DNA of 64,000 nt from Glaucostegus cemiculus (taxonomy: Eukaryota). The stretch covers positions 1,364,001-1,428,000 of the forward strand of contig CDPCPM010000104.1 of the NCBI GenBank assembly GCA_976551045.1, given 5' to 3'. Positions 1 to 11,090 of the stretch are shown piece after piece. The notes beneath the pieces were generated by a model. The model saw only the letters and a list, made by a program, of their open reading frames with translations. It did no database searches and had not been told where the DNA came from. Each line of letters starts with the position of its first letter. The stretch's first letter is position 1. The translations under genes were made by a program, and so were the position numbers.

Positions 1-830
1 TTCCTGGCAGGAGTCACTGATGAAAGTTAGGGGTGGATCCTGGCTAGTTGAGGCCAGTTGTAGCATGTCTCCAATCAACTTCAGTGGTTTTATTTCTCAT
101 CAATGTGTTTATTTTGGTGTAGTAACAGCAAGCCATATGTTGCCAAATATTTGTGCATTTTGGTGGCATATTTCATATGTCCACATATTCACAATAACTC
201 TCAACTAAGCATAAGTTTGACAAAGGGAAAGTTGTTTGGGTTGTGGGGCAGGCTAAATTAATTAAGAGATAATGTCCCTGCACCAGTCAGACACAGCTCC
301 ACTGTACAGTTATATGTACGGCAATCTCCGAGGTACGCATGTACTCTCTAGTATTCCATCTTTCCCTGAGTGTTTTGCCCAGAAATTTGAGTGCATCCTA
401 ATGGGTGGGAGCAGCAGTTGCATGTCAATGACCCTTTGATTGCCAACCCTATTTGAAAACTTCTTTGGTCATCAGGAGTAGGAGAATAGGCCCCGCATAT
501 TATCAAAACCACAAGTATGTTGCCTGGTCTTCCTTCCCAAGTGTAAGATCTGGACAGTCAGCGCCTATTGAGGGTTGAGTATATAGGTGGTGGAGGGGTG
601 GGATGAAAGTCAGAGGCTGGCATTTCAGAAGTATGCGGAAAGGGAAACAGATCAGGAAATTGGCATTTTTATTGAGGTGAGGAGTGTGAAGGGAATTATA
701 GGGTCAAGTGGGATGGAACATTGAAGACATATTAGGGACTAGAGATTGAAGGGGAAGAGGGGTTGGTGCTGTCTAAAAAAGATAAGCCATTCATTTATAC
801 GGTATGCACCCTCGTCCGTACTATGGTAAA

Positions 831-900
831 CTGCTGCAAAACAACAAATTTCACAACATGTAGGTCAGTGATAATAAGCCTGATTCTGATTCTGATACTG
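831..900 (+). mobile_element. Rex1/Babar-type LINE 3' tail remnant
   Basis: ctgctgcaaaacaacaaatttcac...gtcagtgataataagcctgattctgattctgat; same tail as the RT-bearing copy at 60941-61412. Confidence 0.75.
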
Positions 901-2054
901 TTCAGGTCAACCTGTCTATCCCGGGCATGCCCAGTAATGGCTACCCCGACAACAATGTGATCTAAATTCCCTGTAACACTCCAGAAGTAGCACTGCATAG
1001 GGAATATTGTCATTCCACGTGGCCCGACGAGACATCCTATCAGAGGCGCAAGAGTGACTCACATCAGAGTGACGCAAAACCAACACAGGAAATAAATGAA
1101 ATCAATTTTCTGCTGCATAATACTAAATAATGAACATTGTACACTTGAATTTCTCAGCATCTAGCTTTGGAGGGCACTTTTTCTCATGAACTCTACTAAA
1201 TATTAAAGAAAGAAACATAATTCAACCATTCCCAAAGGATTAATTCCAATGAAAATACTAGCATAAGCTAGAACTGTCAGTCAACATTGTCCCTACGACC
1301 AGGCCCCGCCTGCCTCCTATTTATCAGCAGGAACTGTGCCAACACTGTTGACTGACAAGTTAAAAGGTGAAACAACTAACTTCACATTCCTGTAGCTCAA
1401 AGCTTGCAGGCGGAACTGAAAATGGATTGTTTTGGCTCAGGGCAATAGAGAAAGACTCAAAGCGTAAATAAGGAAAGGCCAGGTCTGGATTTAATGTCGA
1501 GCAGTCAAAAGCACTGGACTTGCTGTCAAAATTAGTGGTGACATTGCAGAACAGAATACTTATTCCACACATTTTACCAGGAACCGACGATGTGATTGAA
1601 AAAAGAATATCCTTCAAACTAGTAAAGTGATAAATAATAATTAGACCACAAACAGTAAGGAATAAGACAGAAACTTTGCTGGCGATTTTTGAGGCACATA
1701 ATTTATCTGCTTTCATCGTACTACTGCACTTTCATCCTGTTTGTTTGACACATATGCCGTCAGCATATGGAATAATCCTACGGTAGAGCATTTGTTTTAA
1801 AGTTGAAAATTCCAAAGCTCTCTTTTCCTGTACATTTTACTATCAACACCTGCAACAAGATAGGACTTTGCGGCTTTTTTTGTCAAACATTACGGAGAGA
1901 CAATAACATCTATTGAGGTCACTCAGAGGGCAAAGCTTAGTTACAGGATTGTGCTCAGCAGAGTGACATTTCCCTTTTGCCTTATTGGCATCAGGAAGTG
2001 TGGTACATTGAGTCTGCCTACAAAACAGAACCTGCATTGAATTGCAGTACTCAC

Positions 2055-2253
2055 CTTTGAGCATCTGGGTAGACTCCATCACACTCCTTACACTCGTGAA
2101 GTTCGTCTTCACCATTCAGCTTCGGTTTGAAGTCTTCGTCTACCATGGAGAATGCGGTGGGGGAACCGCTGCAGGTAAACTTCTGGTGGTCCAGCAGCTC
2201 TGCTTTGCACTCAAAGAGCTTATTGCACTCATCGCAACGATACTCACGCTCCT
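2055..2253 (-). CDS. MECOM: MECOM/EVI1 coding exon, 199 bp: atypical C2HC zinc finger 1 and start of finger 2
   Basis: Acceptor gctgcag|AG at 2254/2253 and donor AAG|gtgagt at 2055/2054; phase 1 in, phase 2 out. Translates (E)[65 protein letters not shown](S), matching recalled human EVI1 [28 protein letters not shown]...ECKECDQVFPDLQS. Confidence 0.96.
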
Positions 2254-3294
2254 CTGCAGCAAAGAAACACCACTTCATAATCTTGAAACTAGATTCAACT
2301 GAACTTTAAAACTTAATAACTCCAATTAATTATTATCAGTGCTAAGTGTGGTAAAGTCCACTTTACTGTCAGGAGAGTCGATTAATGACATCACATGATA
2401 CAGATTTTATATGGCATTAGTCAATAATCAGTTACAGATGGCCTATGAATAATAATGGATATCAGAATTGCACAGTTCATGGTCTATCCAACCATTCCTG
2501 ATCTCCCAAGTTCAGGTTATCATCAACAGTAACCATTTGTCTTTTCACTTTCACACATTAAAGTGCGCAATAAAGGCTGAATGCTTGTAATTTAAAAGGT
2601 TCATTTTAGAGATTCTAATACTGGGCCTGGTACAAAATGAATAAAGACTTTTTCTCTGTTTTCTCCCGTTTGTGATGGATTGGGATGGATTGTTCTGTAA
2701 TCAAGTCACTCCTTCAACTGGTTCCTTCATATAGTTTGAACATAATTCAGCCAAAATGACCAGCAGCACAAAAACAGCCACAAGGTAGGTATGTTAGGTC
2801 CAGGAAGAAATACTGAAATGCTTTATGGGACCAGTATTCACAGGCTTATACCACAGGCGTAGTAAACACTTCACAGTGCCCCACAGGGCTGGTGAATGCA
2901 TTAAAACACCCCAGAGGACCAATGATGTTATTGAAGGCTTACTGTGTCTCTACTCTACCTTTCAATGCTCTCCAACCATAAATTTCAGGTAAATTTATCA
3001 CATGCTAAATGAGCTGGATTCTCTTGACAATTCCTTCATCTTCTTCCCAGAAGACATTAATCTCAAGTTAGCCAAGGTTCTTTCAAAGACCCAGCTCAAG
3101 CCACTCTTTTAGCATCTGCAAGTTCTGTTCTTAAATCCTGAAAGCCATGAAAGCAATGGATGGTTTTGCTAGCCAGCCCTACATGGCAAAGAGGAATTCT
3201 CCACTGGATCGGGACAACTTTTTTTACAGTTTAAACTTAAGTCTGGTGCCAGAGCCCATTTCTCTTTGACCCTTGCATTCCAAAAGACAAGAAG

Positions 3295-3620
3295 ACATAA
3301 AAAAATAAGAAACTGAAGCAGTTGAATATGCAGCCTCTTGAACCTGCTCCATCAATAAGATTATGGGTGATCGTTCACCTTATCTATTTTTCCACCCTTT
3401 GATCCTTATTTCCTTCAATTCCCTAAGTGCCCATCAATCTCAGTGTCGCATATACTCAATTACGGAACATCCACAGCCATGGAGGCAGAGAATCCCAAAG
3501 ATTTACAACCATCTGTGTAAGGAAACTTCTTGCCTCAGTACTAAATGGTCAACCCTTTATTCTAAAATGGTGCTTTCATTATATTTCTGTGGTTCAGGCT
3601 CAAGCATCTCTCTAGGGAAG
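3295..3620 (-). mobile_element. Degraded CR1-type LINE 3' fragment
   Basis: Antisense CR1 3' end pattern (cagcctcttgaacctgctcc...agaatcccaaagatttacaacc...ccctttattct). Confidence 0.65.
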
Positions 3621-4985
3621 AGAGCCAATTATTCTGAGCAATGTCCCAGCAAACTGTACCACCCATCCATTGCCTTACTGAAATAAACTGCTGACATTTT
3701 CTTTGTCAAGATATGATTATGAACAGATTTGGGGTTGAGGTATACAGTGCATAGTTACAATAAGTGTGTTTTATTGCAGAGATTTTTTTGTTCTTTCACG
3801 GTCAATGTGCTTTTTCTTTCAAAGTGACATTCCAAAGACATTTTCGTACACAATAAGAAATTAATTTGACCCACTTCAAGAAAAAATAGCACAACTAATA
3901 AGAAAACATAGACTTCATATGGTAACAATGGGAAGGAAGTCAATTTATTACACGCAGCGACTTACAAAACAGGCATTCACTGCCAGGATCAATGGCTCAT
4001 GGCCCTTAATATCTCCAAGAATGTTTCTTATGAAGAAGAGAATAGACCAACTGAATGCATTGTGTCAGCAACGTATGCAAACTGCCAAATACTTGATAAT
4101 TAATCTTCTGTTTTCATCCATGGTGTACAAGGTATTTAAAATGCAACTTCAGGCTCAAGAGTAATATTTTAATCCAACCGCATGCAACATCAAAAGGGGC
4201 AGGCATTCCTGGCTACTGGGAGAACAAAGAAGGAAAGTCGCTACAACTGGCAGCAGCACTACACACTCTTTCTACACAATCTGTGGCAACATTATGCTAC
4301 TGAGGACAAGATGTTCTACCATAGCTGTGACAAGAGCTGAAGAGTTCATGCCCCTTGCATCAGAGTGGATGAGTAAGTCGATCTCAACTCTGACAATGCC
4401 TCCTCTTCCTTTCACCAATGCAAAGTCTTCCAGACCACTAGATCTTCTCTACAGCCCATCAAGTAGCTTCAGATTGCAATAAATAATGTGATTCCACTGA
4501 CAAAATATCTTTTTAACCAGCATTGGCACAAAGAAAACACAGCAGACATGATAAGTTAACCCTGGAAATTTATCCAAAATCCATTAAAGCAAATGGAGAA
4601 AAACAAAGAAGCATTTAGCTTCAATCTAGCTCAAGTGTCTCTAAATGATCATGGCAGAACTGAAGAAAATAACTCACAGAGCAGATAATACATTAGTAAA
4701 ATTTGCAATATAGAAACAGGACCCATATGCTCCAAATTCATTGTGGCCATAATGCGGTTGCAATCAACACATTTGTCACCTTTACTGTATTCTAAGATCA
4801 TGAAATTAGTATGTTTTGTAAACTACTTCTCTGCTTTTCAATTGTACAATGATAGCTCTTCTCAATGATCAGTATTTCTGACCAGGGACCAGGGAAGAAA
4901 AAATATTTAACAAGTCAGGAGATGATGAAACGTAACCACACTGGCAGTGGGTTGAGGAAGTCAATGCAATGCAACAGTTACTCAC

Positions 4986-5088
4986 CATGTATCTCTGGAG
5001 CCATTGTTTCTTGTGGGTAGCCTCCACTCTTCATCAACACCAAGAGCTCCTCCCCCGGGCTAATGTCTCGTATAATTCTGTAAAAAAT
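4986..5088 (-). CDS. MECOM: MECOM coding exon, 103 bp: C-terminal PR domain and EVI1 initiator Met (ATG 5034-5032)
   Basis: Not in the ORF track. Acceptor ttattcag|ATT and donor CATG|gtgagt. Translates IFYRIIRDISPGEELLVLMKSGGYPQETMAPEIH(E), versus recalled human IFYRVVADIAPGEELLLFMKSEDYPHETMAPDIHE. Phase 0 in, phase 1 out, joining the 2253 exon in frame (G|AG). Confidence 0.96.
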
Positions 5089-5639
5089 CTGAATAACAAA
5101 AAACACAGGTTGCACTAAGTATGAAGAAAAGAATTACGTGACTGACTGGAGGAGGCAGTGGCGCTAATCTGACATCGCTCTGCTCTTCACTGCCTTTTGA
5201 CCAGCCTGGGGTACTGGAGCCTGATGCTCAGATGTAACGTACTTTTTTGCTGATCTGCTGCCTATTATCAAACACCCACCAGCTCCACAACCACATCACC
5301 CCTCCCCATAGACTATCAATTCTGCTGATATCAGGGTCATGGCTTCAGTTTATTTTAAGAAGGCAGATTTGCAATGTCAGACTTGCACCTGGGCAGCAGG
5401 TTGAAAATCTATCCCACAATGCTTCACGGCACAACCAAAACAAGAATTCACATGCAGAATATCGCAATGTCACAGTAGTAACATCTATGAGAATGCTGAG
5501 CTGGCACTGGGCTCAGTGATGCATGAATTCAGAGAGGTGAGTTCTGCTCTGTGGAATCAGCACCACTTTCTCAATCAACCCTATGCAGGTATTAGGCTGT
5601 TCTATGTGATGAGTGGTAAACTCTAACTTAATTTATTCT

Positions 5640-5760
5640 CTGTTTATTTAATATTTAAGTATTGTGCCTATTGTCTGACATGGGAGTGCCAGTGAAATCT
5701 CGTTGTTCTGTTGTCTCAACGGCTCAATGACAATAAAGCAATCTTGAATCTTGAGTCTTA
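5640..5760 (+). mobile_element. LINE 3' tail with AATAAA and (ATCTTGA)n
   Basis: gaaatctcgttg...tgacaataaagcaatcttgaatcttgagtctt, typical of Rex1-like 3' ends. Confidence 0.55.
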
Positions 5761-5809
5761 TTGTAAGTGAAACATACATAGAACTTAACATAACAAGTTA
5801 GAAGGTGCA

Positions 5810-6125
5810 TCATAAGAGGATTTAACTCTATGAAAGAATGGGATGAAGTGGATGGAAGGGAATAGTTTTGTTTACGGGCACAAGGTCCTGAGAGAACTGT
5901 AAGGGAGAGTAGGATAAACTTCTTCACTTGGAGAGCAAAGAGGTTCTGGAATTCATTTACAGGGTTAATGGTTAGGCCAGAAACTGTATCAAGATCAGAT
6001 AGGGTAGGTGGATGCAGGAAAATAAGTTGAAGGGATCTGGGAACAGGGTGTGTAGATGTGATTAGAACTGTTTGCTCACAATGACATGGTCTGGTTAATA
6101 CAAATGGCAAATTTTCGTGCTGAAA
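5810..6125 (+). mobile_element. Degraded CR1-type LINE 3' fragment
   Basis: aacttcttcacttggagag...ctggaattc (NFFT.R...WNS motif) followed by CR1-like 3'UTR. Confidence 0.6.
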
Positions 6126-7494
6126 TGTATCTGAAATAACATTGAGAGTAAATACTTATTTGGCAGACACCAGACCTCTGACATAGATATGCTAGGGTGA
6201 TGGTTAGCTCTGTTCTTCAGTAAGTTTTGATGCCACACCTGAATGTTAGCCTGCTAACTGATCATCCAAGGGCTGAAACTGTGCTATCACTCCTGAATAG
6301 CCCAAGGTCCCAGTGGAAAAGAAGATGGACTGGGTGTAAGCTGCAGGCCAAGATTTCTTGTATTGGTTTGCAGGAGAGGGGCAAGGCTGGCACTATGTCC
6401 TGGCAGAAGTTGTTGACAGGATTGCATATGGGTCCTGCCTGGGAGAAACTTAGATTTGTTAATACTTCAAGATATGATGGTGTCTTCTGCCTTTTCCAAG
6501 TGTAGCATGGGGAGAGGGGAGAGACCAAGCTGTTTTTCCTTCTAATGTCTTATTAGGTGCCCTGGATATACTGTAACTGCTGTGCTTGGCCATGCTCCCC
6601 ATTCTAATGAACTCCCTTCAGGATAATTATAACAGGTCCAGGCTCTCTTGCATCCATTACCTCCCCACACCACCTTGCACCCACGTTTCAAATGTCTCCT
6701 CCTGCAAACAATAGATTTAATAAGCCACAGTGCTGGAAACTACCCACCCAGCAGTTCAATTCTAGTTATAAATAAAAGTTGAGTGAATATTGTGGGTTGA
6801 GACACTTCTTTATTTTGGTAAATAGTTCAGCTTTGAGTTTCTAATGAAGCAAGTTTTACAATAAACCTTGTTCTACTCATTTTGTTCCTGTCTTGTAAAG
6901 TGAAGCTGCTTGTATCAAATGTGTTATAAATAATGACAAAAAGGTAGAAAAATATTTCTGCCATCAAAGCACAGATCTAGCGCAATCTGAACATTTTACG
7001 TGCAAGGATACAACTGCACCACAAACCTGATTCACTCTGGAACCACTGACCAGTAAGAATTTGCATTCTTAAAGGATTATATTCAGCAGGGAGTTACCAG
7101 CCACTCACCAATTTATTTTACTGGTTTAACAAATAAACACATGGGCAGAAATAGCAGCAGTGATATGATCGTATCTTTACTCAGTGATGTGTTAATTTTT
7201 GTGTAGCAGCAACCAACTTCCACCCCCACCCCCAACTAAGTTCCAACCCTGGATTAATTTAGAAACTTTGAATTAAAATTGAGAAGCAGCAGAACAGTGG
7301 TGCCAAATTTAGTGCCCATCACAAACCCATGTCATGAGGGAGAGGGGAGAGCTTTGGAATGGCATTTGTTCAGAGACTGTTAACAGAAGTAGCCTAATCT
7401 AGTTATTTTTCATTTAACAGGAACTTTATCAATAGCTCCGTTGCAGAATTCAGTTATTATGATGGAAATGAAAGAGTGAAGTTTGTGCATTTTA

Positions 7495-7508
7495 CCACCA
7501 GGTGGCTC
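7495..7508 (+). promoter_or_regulatory. Candidate intronic CTCF site
   Basis: CCACCAGGTGGCTC matches 13 of 14 positions of CCASYAGRKGGCRS. Confidence 0.45.
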
Positions 7509-8171
7509 CTTATACCCAGGGATCCCCCACTGTGCTTGGTGACTGAAAACCAAGAGCTACAAAACTTTGGAAACGGGCTCCCTTCCTTATCGCAAGAAAG
7601 ATGCGGATTTGGTTTAACTACTTTATTTGAGAACAGCTAAGAAAACACCCTTTCTCTCCCTCTCTACACCACTATGGAAAACCAGTTCTATTAGGGTTGA
7701 GAGAGCTGAACTTCCATTTAATAAGAACTCAATAGACTCCATTGTCTTGATAGAACACTCTGTAAATCTAGTCTCTTTTTCAGACACAGATTTTCCTCTC
7801 CAGTGTTGTGTTAATGCTTAAACTGGAATATGCAATAAATCTTCAACAGACGTAGAGGTGAAACCTAAAATGAAGTTGTGCAAACAAAAGAAAAATCACA
7901 TCTCAAAAGGTTCAGCTCCTTCTGAAGATGAATCATAAAATATCCTCTGTACAATTTTCCAAGTTATTCTACTGATAAAGAAACAGGATTTTTAAATGGA
8001 CCACAGTGAGACCTCCCTTTTGATGCAACTCCTTTAGTTTACTTTCCTCCATCTCAAGTGTCACCGTCATCACTTCCATAATTAATTTCTCTTTCCACCC
8101 ATTGTTATGAATACAGCAGCTGGGGTCCTCAAAAGGTTAAAATGTTACACGCTGCTTGAAGACACCAAAGA

Positions 8172-8516
8172 AGAATCACCGAGTCACAACACAGAAATAG
8201 GCCCTTTAGCTCAGTGGGTCTATACCAAACATCAAGTACCCATTTACACTAATCCCCTTCCATTCTCTCCACATCCTCATCAACTCCCTTTAGGATCTGC
8301 CACTCACCTACGCACTAGGGGCAATTTACAGTGGCCAATTACCTTCCAACCCACAACTTTTGGAACGTGGGAGGAAACCAGAGCACGCAGAGGAAACCCC
8401 ACACAGTCCCAGGGAGAACGTGCAAAGTCCACATAGACAGCACCAGAGGTCAGGATTGAACTGGGTCGCTGGAGCTGTGAGGTAGCAGCTCTACAAACTG
8501 CACCAATGTGCTGCCC
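8172..8516 (-). mobile_element. tRNA-derived V-SINE (HE1-like) with CR1-like tail
   Basis: Head gggcagcac, B box AGTTCAATCCT (8462-8452), V-domain core gtgggaggaaaccagagcac, and tail gggcctatttctgtgttg. Confidence 0.85.
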
Positions 8517-8912
8517 AGCTGTGGTGCTATACTGCCCCACCCAAATTTTCACGTTTTGCAGGCACTGTATATGAAGTCCAATGGGGTGAGAGTCCTTTGC
8601 AGATAGAGCATGAAGTAGGATTAGCAATAAGGCTAAAGGGTCATGGAATATAATGTGTGTTAAATATGATCTATACCTTGTTGAACTTTGTTAGGGGTCC
8701 TTACGAAATTTCTTTTTCATAATACACTGTGCTGCTTCCTCTACATTTTCTGTCAAAACTCTGTCTCTGTTTTTAGGCAGTGGTTAGGTGATGTTGAACT
8801 GTGCAATGCAATGTAAAAACAGGAGCAAACAAAGATAAAGATCTCTCTAATGAGGCACTAAACCCTGAAAATGGAACGGATCTCTCAGTAATCTGGAAGT
8901 TATGAAATGAAT

Positions 8913-9277
8913 GGCACAGCAGTGTAATTACAATGTTACTAGACCTGTGAGTCAGAGGTCTGGAGTAATAATCCAAAAAAGAAGAGTTCAAATCCCACAT
9001 TGTCAGTTTGAGAATTTGAATATAATTTGATAAAACCTGGAAATTAACAGTTGTGCTCATTAAAAATGACAATGAAATTGCCAGATTATAATAAAACTAC
9101 TGTCTTTGAGGGAAGGAAACTTGCTATCCTGACCTGGTCCAGCCTTTATGCAACTCCAGTCATAGATCACGGGTGTGATTTTTACTTGTCCTTGAAGTGG
9201 CCATGTAAGTTACAGGGATGGGCAATGAATGTTGATACTGGCCGTGATGTAGATATCTCAATGATGAGTTTTTAAAA
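8913..9277 (+). mobile_element. Old tRNA-derived SINE of a second family
   Basis: B box gagttcaaatccc near 8983, body gaaggaaacttgctatcctgacctggtc, tail agggatgggcaatgaatg. Related fragment at 49405-49560. Confidence 0.7.
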
Positions 9278-11024
9278 ATCTCCCCACACCCAGAATTAAC
9301 TAGATAAGTTTTATTTAGTATATAATTTACGTGTTTAGAAAAGTCGGTGACCAACTCTATTAATAGATGTGGCTGAGCTCACATGTGCTGACAGAGGTAA
9401 TGAATAATTGCAGACCTTTCAACTTTCCAGGAAGTTAACTGGGATAATACGAACGGAACTCGAGGACTATTGCTCCTAATGATTACTAACCGGGTCATTT
9501 TACTCACAGAGTCCTGAAGCTCTACTCAGCTAATGCCATGTCGAGGCCATCAAACACTTTAATTCCCATGGATGATACCTGTGACCAGACTGCTTACACT
9601 CCTTCCACTTCTCACACACATCCCACAACTGCCCAGGACACCTAAAGAACACGGTGATACTGTACTCTTCATTAAAGTGCCTGTTTCCTTGTCTAAACAT
9701 TGTTCCCAAATCTAAATAAAAATCCTGTCAGACTTGTCCAGTATGAAATTCCTTTCATCTTTGTATCCTAAGCAAAATGAAAGATGGGATATGACACAGT
9801 ATTTGGCCCACAGAATCTGCCTCTTTAATGAACACAACACCTTCAGTGGTACTGGCCCATGGACTTCACCATGGCAGTCACTGGGCTGGGGAATGTACCA
9901 GTTGCTGCATTGGGTTTTAAGTAGTTACTTGATGCGTGAAGGCCAGGTCTGGATTTGTTCTGTCAATAAACGCAAATTTGACCTTGTGGTTTGCCCCTTT
10001 GCACACTCTCAATAGCTTGTCTGGCTGTCTAACTAAGTACATAAATAAGAGCAGGAGTAGATTGTATTGTCCCTCACATTTGTGCTCCCACTCAATAACT
10101 GACCTTCTTCTTCAACTCCATTTTACTTCCCCTATCCCCATTTTCCTCAACTCCTATGAAACTCAAAGTACTCAGCAAAGTGGCAGCTTCAACAGGAATG
10201 GACCATTTCAAAACGTAAAGCATGGATGTCTGTTTTAGATTTGCACTTGTTGCAACATACATCACTATCGATGACCCAATATATACTCTTCTCACTTATA
10301 CCAGTGAACAACAGAGGTCTCCTTGGGAAGTGTTGAGTTTTCAGAAAATCAAGGGCAACTTTAATTCTAGAGCCAGGAAGTGGCTCTGCAGTAGCAGCTG
10401 ATACTTGGTGCTTTATCATTTTCTGATAATTCTCCTGATATTTAAACCATAAAAATGTACTCAGAGGGTGTGAGAAGACAGACATTGTACTGTGTTGGAG
10501 GAGATCGGCAAAAGCTCTGTACACCCAGCAGAGAGCCACAGGATATTATTCAACTGGCTTTTAATAAGGGCAAAACAGAAATTCACACAGAGTAACTTAA
10601 AAGATGGAGAATTTTCAAAGTCAGGTTGTATTGATTTCTTAAGCTGTATCAACAACGTAGTAAGTTCAATATTTTTGTGTGTCCACTTCCTAAATGTAAA
10701 TTGGTGCTGGGTGTTACAGTAATTGTTTTAAATGGTAGGTACTCACAAGATCCACTGGGTATGTTGAAATGCTATTATTTGAGTGGCCATTTGGCGCTGC
10801 ATGAACACTGTAATGCAAACATTGCCATGCTTCTATGGTTCAACATGTCCTGAGGGTGGAAAAGTGATGAACAACCCACTCCTACACAACTACCCTACAC
10901 ACCACCCCTCCAAGCATTCTCACAGAGGCAATGTGTCAGAAACACTCAGAGCATTAAAAGTTACCAACAAACTTCAAAATCATTGGCAACATAGTGTGAC
11001 AGGCATCTCCACGTGAGACGTTTG

Positions 11025-11090
11025 AAGGATGGCACAACTTGGTGGGCCGAAGGGCCTGTTTTGTGCTGTATTGTTCTATGTTTCTATGGT
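11025..11090 (+). mobile_element. CR1/SINE 3' tail remnant
   Basis: gtgggccgaagggcctgttttgtgctgtattgttctatgtttctatg. Confidence 0.7.

Noticed and set aside
2254-2278. MKWCFFAA as the N-terminus of the zinc-finger ORF
   Set aside because: This is the intronic pyrimidine tract; the exon starts at the AG acceptor (2253).
5153-5195. Stem aggcagtg/cactgcct near the exon acceptor as a splicing element or pre-miRNA
   Set aside because: Only an 8-bp stem with a 27-nt loop, which is expected by chance.
6262-6528. ORF containing ILACSLHPVHLLF as an exon or RT remnant
   Set aside because: Faint resemblance to a LINE C-terminus, but too degraded to call.
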